Source of the DNA: Podarcis liolepis
Lineage: Eukaryota
DNA length: 64,000 nucleotides
Strand: one strand, 5' to 3'
NCBI GenBank assembly: GCA_965112155.1
Contig: OZ218111.1
Below, in pieces: positions 39,091 to 48,605 of this stretch (the stretch's first letter is position 1; the number at the start of each line of letters is the position of its first letter). Under the pieces are notes generated by a model. It did not search any database and was not told the origin of the DNA. It saw only the letters and a list, made by a program, of their open reading frames with translations. A program made the position numbers and the translations under genes.

Positions 39091-39670
39091 GCTGGTGCTT
39101 TCGGCTTCTTGTTACTGGAACAGAGCAGGATCTCAGTGTTTGAGTTCCTATAAATACTGTTGAGGGGGTGTGGTGTATAGCCTCCAACGTTCTGGGCAGA
39201 GAGGAAGTTCCCAGGTTAGTGTGCCTTTTCTTCTTTTGTTCCTTAATTACTCCTTAATTACTTGAGGGATATCTTGAGTGATTTCTTGAGTGATATTCTG
39301 AGTATCACTTAGGTGGGTCATTAAGTGTGGATTAGTTGCTAAAGCTTTCGTGTCTTGACCTCTTGAGCTTGTGAAGAGTTTTTCTGAGAAGAACTCTTCA
39401 CAAGCTCAAGAGGTCAAGACACGAAAGCTTTAGCAACTAATCCACACTTAATGACCCACCTAAGTGGTACTCAGAATATCACTCAAGAAATCACTCAAGA
39501 TATCCCTCAAGTAATTAAGGAACAAAAGAAGAAAAGGCACACTAACCTGGGAACTTCCTCTCTGCCCAGAACGTTGGAGGCTATACACCACACCCCCTCA
39601 ACAGTATTTATAGGAACTCAAACACTGAGATCCTGCTCTGTTCCAGTAACAAGAAGCCGAAAGCACCAGC

Positions 39671-39704
39671 CTGAAGATGACGAGTGAGACCTCGTCGAAA
39701 CGTC
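39671..39704 (+). ncRNA. Minimal type-I hammerhead ribozyme-like motif (PLE-associated)
   Basis: CUGAAGA-U-[GACGAG ugagac CUCGUC]-GAAAC-GUC: catalytic core boxes, a perfect 6-bp stem II, a short palindromic stem III (ACGU) and a GUC cleavage triplet. Stem I is weak. Confidence 0.65.
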
Positions 39705-39786
39705 GCCTAGACACCCCAACTCTTACACGGGAAGACACCCGAAGACACCAAAACCTGCATTCCTGTACCCGTGAAAATCTACGAAA

Positions 39787-39844
<58 letters not shown>

Positions 39845-39980
39845 GAAACTTAGAATGAATGAAATCTCCCCCAAACTATAATAAGGTATTCTTCAGATGA
39901 ATTTGTATTAGCAGGTTGGAGTATTTCAAAAGAAAATCAGTAAGAAAATACAGTAAAATAGAAAAAAATCAGATGCATGA

Positions 39981-39982
<2 letters not shown>

Positions 39983-40060
<78 letters not shown>
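39983..40060. repeat. Compound (CT)n(GT)n microsatellite
   Basis: Seen directly. Confidence 0.95.
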
Positions 40061-40062
<2 letters not shown>

Positions 40063-42134
40063 ATGGTCTGCTGAACTGATGCATCAAGTTCATATTGGAA
40101 ATAGCAGTTACACTGGTGGCTGGTCTTCTTTGTTCTACAGGTAGGAGTAGCTAATGTGTCTTCCAAATGCTGGACTCCAGCTCCCATCAACCCCAGCCAG
40201 CATGGGTAGTGGCCAGGAATGATGGGAACTGTAGTCCAACAAAGTTTTTGAACCCCTCAAAATGTTGATCTGTGCCGGATGTGTGAGAAACAGGGCTTCA
40301 TATGTTTATGTTTGTTTATTGATTAACAGTATTTGTATATATAGCCTGACAACTTGACGTTCTCTAGGTGGTAAACAACTAAGACAGATAAATGAGCATA
40401 CCCTAGGACAGCCTTCCTCAACTTGGTGGCTCAATATATCTTTAGGACTACAACTCCCATCATTCCTAGCCACCAGCCATGCTGGTTGGGGCTGAAAGGA
40501 CTTATATTCCTCAAAATCAGGAGGGCACCTAACTTGGGAAGTCTGGTCTAAGTGAACAGTGTCCATCAAATGTTTATAGCATTTCTCATATGATGTCTTT
40601 CTGTAATAAATTGTATTTAAGGTGACTTAATAGCATTTAATTGAACAAGTGGTTTTTTAAAAAAAATAAAAATAGATGCATGATTGCGAAATTTAGAAAG
40701 TCATAGGCTACAGGGAATAATCACTCTAAAGGCTAATTTTTCACCAATTGTGTGTGCAGACCACAATGAATTGATTTTTTTAAAAAAATCATAACATGGC
40801 ACTACTAACTGAAAAGTTTCCAACTCTTAAAAATCCTTATTGGAGTCGTATTTCCCCTAACAGCTGATTCTACTGGATTCTGAGGTTTCATCTACTGACA
40901 CCCACAGTTTTCAGTGATACTGAGCTGTGGTCCTCCAGTATGGGCAAAAGTGAGGGATGGTGGGAGCTGGAGTCCACCAGGTGACCCACTTTCACTTATA
41001 GCACCCTTTGAATTTAGTAAGCAATTTATTTATCCATATCTATGGACTGCAGCCCACCCCCAGGAATCAGTATGTACCCCTCCAACCAGAGCCCATTGCT
41101 TCTGGTATCCGGTTAGCATCATTCCACCAGGAAGGGGCAATATGACAACTTGTTAATGGCTTTCAGACCTCTGTGGAATCCTGAGAAGCTTATCAGAGTT
41201 CAATGAGAATCAATTTTTGGATTCATCTTTAGGTTCCCAAATCATCTTATAACAAATTACAACAGGACAAATTAAAACAGGAACATTACAACAAGATGAT
41301 CATCAAACACAAACAAGATTAATCGAAAGACAGCTTGTCTACTATAACCAACCTTGCTCAGTCATCGTGTAGTGATGGGTGCAATTCTGGAGCACCTATT
41401 CTCACTTGACTTGGCCAGCATTCTGCGCAAATTGAGCATGTACCTTAATATATGGTCTAGAATCTTTGTCAGGGTTTGTGGCAGGCATGCAGAGTTCCTT
41501 AGCAGACACACTGATGTGGAAAGTGTTCTCTCAAGGCTTGAAAGCTTGACAGCCTCCAACAGAGATTATTATGGTTCATATTTTACACAGAGGAATGTGG
41601 AACTGTGATTAGAATGACCCCAGAGGCTTTCTTTTCACTCCTGCCTTCCCTAGTAATGCACACATGCAGGAAATTACTGCAAGGCCCAACAAGCCCGGCC
41701 AGCAGGCCACATGAATACTGTCCATGCTCTATAACAGTGTTATCCAACCTTGCACCCCCAGGTTATGTTGAACTCCAGCTCCCAACAGCCAGCATGGTCA
41801 ATGGTCAGGGATGATGGGAGTTGTAGTCCAACGTAATCTGGGGAACACAGTCCTAGAATATGACCCCATAATCCTTTGAAGCGCCTCAGCAGATTGATCA
41901 CTGTGAAAAATGCTGCTTGAATGATAACATGTGAAAATCACAGGGCTCAAAAGATTTAAATGTGATGTACATGTGCACATGCTAAGTACAGTCCCGCTCA
42001 TGAGAAACTTTTCCATTGAGGTCCTGGCTTTGTAGCTAATCTTTCAGCCCTAAAGTGATCTGCATGTTGTCCCTGCTGAGGGGGGATTATTCTTGCTGGG
42101 GAAAGGTGGTTGGTTTTTCAGATCTTTATTGCAT

Positions 42135-42152
42135 GCCACCAGGGGGCAGCCA
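42135..42152 (+). promoter_or_regulatory. Candidate CTCF binding site
   Basis: GCCACCAGGGGGCAGCCA closely matches the CTCF core consensus CCASYAGRKGGCRS. Confidence 0.55.
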
Positions 42153-42402
42153 ACATCTGTAGTCAGCAGAAAGAAGGAAAGCTCTGAAAGTAGAAATGTA
42201 AAGGCCTTGGGGTGTCCTCCCACTCGGTGCTAGGAAGCCGGCTGAGCTGGCCGCAAATGCACCTGCCAGAATCTTGTGTCAGGATCTACCAAGTCCAGAC
42301 CATACTCTCTGCTCGCGTACAATGGCCATTAGCAACGGGGTTCCCCCATATCTAATTTCCCCTTAAAAGTCACAGTTGAACCCGATTGCCCTTCATTCTT
42401 AC

Positions 42403-42611
42403 CAGCAATTTCCCAGGAGCCCTTGCAGGATGTCAGAGGGCCGAGGTGTCCGGAAAACAGACCACTTGACTGAACGGTCCTTGAAGATGCTGCAGTTGAT
42501 TTCATGAGGCCTCAGCCACTGCTTCACTCGCTGCTGGACACTGTCCCCTTCGGGGAAGCCAACTGACTTGGGCCCTGGAGGGAAACTGTCATCCACAAAG
42601 TTGACCTTGTT
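42403..42611 (-). CDS. CAPN15: CAPN15 coding exon 2: start of the calpain catalytic (CysPc) domain with the catalytic Cys
   Basis: [18 protein letters not shown]...[11 protein letters not shown] (calpain QGxLGxCW motif). AG at 42612-42613, GTAAG at 42402. 209 nt. Confidence 0.96.
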
Positions 42612-45472
42612 CTGCAGAGACAAAAATTAAGAAGCCCAAGGGCATCATTGTTACTGATATTCAGTTCCACATGAAAGCAGGGGCTCCTGCAGCAACTGTT
42701 GGACACATGCTGGCAGTCTTGCTTTAGAGACACGCAGGTCCCATCTGCACCATAGACTCAGAGCAGTACTATAACCACTTTAAACAGCCACAGCTTCCCC
42801 CAAAGAATTATGGGAACTGTAGCAGAGGGTTGTTAGGAGATCCCTATTCCCCTTCAAAGCTACAATGCCCAGTTTCTTGAGCAGGACTGACTGGCAAATC
42901 ACTTTAGGAAATGAAGGTCTTTGAGAGGAAAAGGGGTCTCCTAACAACTCTTAGCACACTAAAACTATAGTTCCCTGGATTCTTGGGGGGGGGGCCATGA
43001 CTGTTTAAAGTGGTACGATACTGCCTTAAATGTAAAGTGCAGATGGGAATTCAGTTCATTCCAACTTTCTTTCCTGTGCATATGCTAGAACAAAAGGTGG
43101 CTAAACAACAGCTAAAGCTGCTCCTTATCCAACAAACCCAGTACTGCTGAAGTATGGCTCCCTCTAGGGTTACAGGTCAATGTCTATCTCAGTTCCTGCT
43201 ATCTGAGGACTAGCCTGCACATTGAGGTAGGCATACAGTGAGTCATACCTCTGCCCACTAAAGGGGATGAAACTGCCAACATCCTTTCCTTGATCAGCAC
43301 CCATGGGGGCCTCAGCTGATGAAATACGAAGGTAAACAGGCAAGTGAGTTAAGCACCTGGGCATGCTCAGTAACAGGGCGAGTAGCCCAGTACAGCCAAC
43401 TTCTTCTCCCCCTTAAATCTGTCATAGCTCCACTTTACATGTAAGCAAAACCAAGGAACAACTGCTATGAAGGCAGAATGCCCTGAATATCAATTACTGG
43501 GGAGCAGCAGAGGGAGAGGGCTATCACCCTCATGCCCAGTTTGTGAACTTCCCACTGGCATCTGGTTGGCCACTGCGGGGAAGAAGAATCTGGAGTAGAG
43601 AGGACATTGATCTGATCCAACTGCAGGGCTCTTCTTACGTTAAACAGTGAGACTTAGACCTGAGACAGTTCCAGGCAGGTGACTGAATACTTGAATCCTC
43701 CAGTATAGCCCCGTTTTCATATTTTCAAGCTTAGCTCTGCAGTGATGCAGGCAAGACATTTTAGCTCAATATAACCCAGTTTTGTACCAAGCAATGCAGG
43801 TATGTGACTTGTGTACATTTGCTGTTATTCTGCTTTGCACAAGAATGGAGGTGTCCTACAGAGCTATGAAATATGGCTCAGTTACTGGGAAAGCCAAATT
43901 AGCAGCCTGTCTGGCTTCTTTGGTTTTACTAAGCATGGTTCATGCACTTGTCTCCAACAATAAGGGCTAGAAACTTGATTTATTTATTAGAAGGTGGGGG
44001 GGTGGAGAATGAGATTCTTGGGATGCTGAGTTCTGCATTGCTTGTTCGGGTCACAGAATGCAAAAGTCCCTGATCGTATCTGTATTCAGAAATAGTGATT
44101 AAAAAGAATGTCTCAGAGTCAGACCACCTGATCTGTTCCCCTTCAGCTGCTGTGAAGAGAACTGGAGATCAACATCCATGATTCCTCGCTTTGCAGGCTT
44201 CCTGCAATACATTTCTTCCAGTTAGAGGAAAGGTCGTCATCCTACACACACTTATTTGGAAGGAAGTCATTTTGAATTCAATGAGACTTGCCTTGAAATG
44301 AATGTGCAAAGGAGGACTGTACTGCACAGTTGGCTTCTCTCCCTTCCCCTCTGTGCTGCTGTGTCCAGGCAGCAGCCACTGAAGCTCCCTCAAGCTTCAA
44401 ACCTCCCAGCAAATTTCTGCCCCAACAGCCTGTTCTCAGTGCTCGCTGTGCTACCATTGCCAAGGCATGCGCCGGGGTCAGATGCTCCCTTGAGGTCCGT
44501 GAATTACAATGTGATTAATGCTGAAGGCTCTCCCAAGAAAGAAGCAGAGATGAAGGGATGGCATTTCCCAAAGAAACATGGAAAGAACATTAGCAAGCTA
44601 GAGGAGAATTGAGACTAAGTCGGGGAGAAGTGTGGATCTATTGTGTGTGCGTATGCGCGTCATGCAAATCCCTGGCAGCCAACAAACTGCCTCTCCTTTA
44701 GGGGACCAGCCATTGGGGCTTCTAGCTCCAGAGTCTGGATACTGATGCTTCAATACAAATCTGTCCTCCACAGCAGAAGACGGGCAAACTCAGGACAAAG
44801 TACAGACTTGTCTACTGCCTCAGAGTGGGCTTTCTCATGTACATGTTTCTCAAGGCACATGATTCTTGAACTCCTGGGTGCATGCTACAGTGATAAGCTG
44901 CAAGCACAAGATGTGCCCTCTGAAGGGCTCATACTCATATTAGGCCTGAGGGCAGGTGGCTAAGACTGAGCTGAGAATCAGAAGCCTCCTGTTTGAACCT
45001 CACCTCTGCCATAAACTCGCTAGATGGCCTTTGGCAAAACATTCTCTTTCAGTCTCAAACCTGTCACACACACACACAGCCCCATTTTGCAATAGAAGGA
45101 CAGCACCACAGACTTACCTGATAGAGCTGTTGTAAGGAAAGAGCTTGGAGTAAATTGCTTTGAAATTTTCTAGACAGAGTTTTCAGTTGCAGTAGCTTGT
45201 GTATGAAAACACCCTTCCAAAAGAAGCTTATCTGGCATCCATTGTTTTGTCTATCTGGTACCACCCCAAGACATTTTTATTTTCCCAGGCTAACGTGAAA
45301 TAGCTTTATCTACTATGCTTTTAAAAAAAATAAAATCATGCTGATATTCTCCATGCTGTTTTTCCTTTTGTGTTTATTTATTGTGATTTTATATTGGCGC
45401 ATTTAAAAAAAATATTTTCTTCATTGCTGCTTTCACAATTTTACCTAAGGGTAGCCTAATAACATTTTAAAT

Positions 45473-45510
<38 letters not shown>

Positions 45511-45870
45511 ATTTTAGCACTGCTGCATGCAAGGAAGGAAGTGCACAGGAGCTGTGCCACAACTACCCTCACCCCAATAATACACAAAATTGGAACGAAT
45601 CCCTCAAGTCACTTCAGCACGTGAAGATCTGTTCTTCTCAGCACCTACAAAGACCTTCCTCTTCCAACAAGTCTTTGAAGTAGGTATCTTTCGCAGCCTG
45701 CATCTGTACTAGAATTGTTTTTAGATGTTTTAATTACTGTATTGGTTGTATGTTTGTTGCCCTGAGCTCCTTTGGGAGGAAGGGCAGGATAGAAATTTAA
45801 TTAAATAAATTAATAAAATCTGGGGGAAGAGAGAGAATAGATTTTTGTGCTTCAGCAAGAATTGGGAGCT

Positions 45871-45871
<1 letters not shown>

Positions 45872-45910
<39 letters not shown>

Positions 45911-45940
45911 AGGGTTTGAGGGAATGCAATGAGGGAACAT

Positions 45941-45985
<45 letters not shown>

Positions 45986-45989
45986 ACAC
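45872..45989. repeat. Inverted (GT)n and (AC)n microsatellite pair
   Basis: (GT)n at about 45872-45909 and (AC)n at about 45942-45989, separated by roughly 30 bp. Confidence 0.9.
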
Positions 45990-47165
45990 GGAGAGAGAAG
46001 GCCTCCTCTATTCCTTGGCTGGAAATTTGGATGCCCTGCATGAAGGCCACCTGCTGTGCCTGCGCATTGCTCCCTCAGAAGTCTAACACGATTAAATTTC
46101 ATTTCAGGCACCCGCTTGATGCGGCTTCAATCACATAGGCCGCTCAGAAATAAAACAGCACTTGATCATTAAAGCCACCGCACAATTAGTTATTAATGAG
46201 CGTGGCGAGTGGCCTTTTCCTGAGGCTGCCAAGCGGACCCAGAGGACACCTGTTCTTGCTAATTATACAGGGTGAAATCCCGAAGTTCTTCCTTGGGCTG
46301 AGCACCCTTTCACTGCATTCTTTAAAAGAGCACCTCAGGGGTTGGATCTTTGGGTGGACTGACCCAGGGCAGAAGGAGGAATATTCCTGGTATGAACATG
46401 GATCAGTTGCTAGATAGAACTTAAACCCAATTCTCCTAAAGTGCTTTGGTATTGCTGCTTATTTCAGGGCCAGAACATCACAAAGATGACTGATCATTGA
46501 AAGCCTGCATGCCTGTTAATGACAGTGTCTCACTAGGGGCCCAGGTTCAAATCCCCACTCAGAATGGAGCCCATTGATGCCCCTTTGAGTTCCTTGGAGG
46601 AAAATGCAGAATATCAATGCAATAAATTAACAGCTCATAAGTAGGAGCAAGGAGACTAATCACTTCATGTGCTTCCTTTCCCCCTCCATCCAAAAGCTAT
46701 TAAAAGCATGAGAAGATTTGTCAAAGACAACAAATGCAGTCTGTAAATATGAAACGTGCAACTGAAAGCTAAATAACAATAACAGATACGAATAAAAAAC
46801 AATGAATGTCAGTTGATGGCGCTCAAGTATTAAAAAATGGCCAATACAGTAGGTAGTAAGCAAGACCAGATAGGGCTGCTACCCCAGCTCTCAAAGGATC
46901 TTCAAACACTCTCCTTGGTCTACCGGAGAACACGAAAATATGGAACACATGGAGATCACACACTGAAAACTCAAGAGTTTTGCCCAGTCCTCCTCTGCAC
47001 CAACTTCTAAGATTTCAAAGAGCACTGCCTATGTCTTTTCCTGCCTGTCTACTGAGTACCCACAGGTCTGGAAACTTACTTAGTATAAATAAAAAGGACT
47101 TCTCTTTTGGATACAAACTTTTCCATGGTGTAATGACAGGCAAGAGGACACTAAGAGAAACTCAC

Positions 47166-48605
47166 CTCTTGACAGAAGGAGACAATGTTTTCCCAGAGGG
47201 CTTTGGCCTCCCCTTCATCTGTCTGCCGCCGCTTCTCCACGTGCATACTCTCCCGGCGCCTGAGTGGCTTGGCGCCCTTGCGCTGCAACAGGTACCCCTG
47301 GGGAGTGTGGCAGGCGACACAGTGCTTGGCCTTGAACTCATTAAGCAGCGTGCAAGCCGGGCAAGGCCACTGGCTGGGCCTTTCTGGGGTCACAGGTGGC
47401 TGTGAGGGGAAGAGGCGGGCCACTTTGCGGGCCGAGGGGGCCTTAGAGCTGCAGGCTGGGCAGCTGCCTTTGTCTGAGCCACACTCAGGGCATTTGAGAG
47501 CCAACTCTCCCTGTGCGCCGTGTTCCTGGAAGCCATGCAGCTTGGAGGAGCCGCAGGCCTTGCACTTCTGAGAGGCTGTGGGGTTCTTCAACGTGCACTT
47601 GGAACAGGACCAGGTGGTGAAGTCGGGGCTGGATGGACCGCAGGGAGTGAAGCGCACAGAATCGCCAGTCAAGTCAATGGTGTCACTTCCCTTCTGGGAG
47701 CTACAGGCCTCGCAGGCGCCAGCTCCCGAGGTGTTGAGGAGGGAGCAGGTGCTGCACTTCCAGGGCGATGGGCTCACCTCCATTTCTTCTTCCAGCACGC
47801 TCAGCCGCTTTGTCGCCATCAGCTCCTGGAAGCGAATGGCCTTCTGCACAGGTGCTGGTGGGGAGGCCGGCTGGGAGGTCTCAGGCACCGGTGGCTGCAG
47901 CTGGGGGGGCACCTCTCGGCGGCTGCGGGGAACGGGGTTGTTTTGGAGGCCGGGGGAGAAAAGGCTAAAGCTTGGCATCTTCTGGCTCTCTTGCTCAATG
48001 GTGGCTGCACCTGGGTTGGCAATGGGATGGCTCTCGGGGTTGTCCGTAGCAACGCTGGGCTGCGGGGTGGTGGGTGCTATGTGGAAACCGGCAGGAGCAA
48101 TGACTTCAGGGACGACCAGCGCCTCTGGGGGGATCTTGGGCAGCGAGAGCTTGCGGGGGCCTCCACAGGCCGAGCACGAGTTGGCCATTGGGGTGTTGTG
48201 AAGAGTGCAGCGCTGGCAGGCCCAGCCATCCTCCAGCCCCACTTCCTCCGGGCTCTTCCCCCCAGAGTCCTCACCAGGGCTTTCGGCCTTGGGAAGTTCC
48301 TCCTTGCAGGTGCCCTTGGGCTCCACCAAGGCGGTGGGCTTTGGCAGGACTCCGTTGATGATGGGCAGCGGGGAGCCCCCGGGCCCAGGCTCAGGGGTGA
48401 AGCCACACACCTCGCAGGCCTCTTTGCCCAAGAAGTTCCGGAAGGTGCAGCGGGCGCAGGCCCATTTCTGCTCTTCTACACTGAGGCGCAGGATTTGGTT
48501 GAGGTCGGGCTTCTGACGCGGGGCCTCGCAGATGGAGCATTGGCGCTGTCCTACGGGGTTCAGGAACGTGCAGCGGGTGCAAGACCATTCCCGCACAGCG
48601 GCCAT
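47166..48605 (-). CDS. CAPN15: CAPN15/SOLH coding exon 1: N-terminal RanBP2-type zinc-finger region
   Basis: MAAVREWSCTRCTFLN... with six W-x-C-x2-C-x3-N-x6-C-x2-C motifs, ending ...KALWENIVSFCQE. Acceptor ttgcag at 48628-48629 (exon starts 48627), ATG at 48605, donor GTGAG at 47165. 1440 nt, phase 0. Confidence 0.96.

Larger units (their letters stand above)
39001..39790. mobile_element. Penelope-like element (PLE) remnant arranged as a near-perfect head-to-head inverted duplication, flanked by (AT)n
   Basis: 39001-39385 is the reverse complement of 39387-39760, apart from four transitions and one 11-nt tandem duplication that I counted. Each arm contains CTGAAGATG...CGAAACGTC, the hammerhead-like motif typical of PLE pLTRs. 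(AT)n at 38975-39002 and 39789-39841. Confidence 0.85.

Noticed and set aside
39001-39760. Interpreting the palindrome as a DNA transposon with long TIRs or as a pre-miRNA
   Set aside because: The asymmetric 3' extension, hammerhead motif, open C-terminal frame and (AT)n junctions fit a Penelope-like retroelement better, and the hairpin is far longer than a pre-miRNA.
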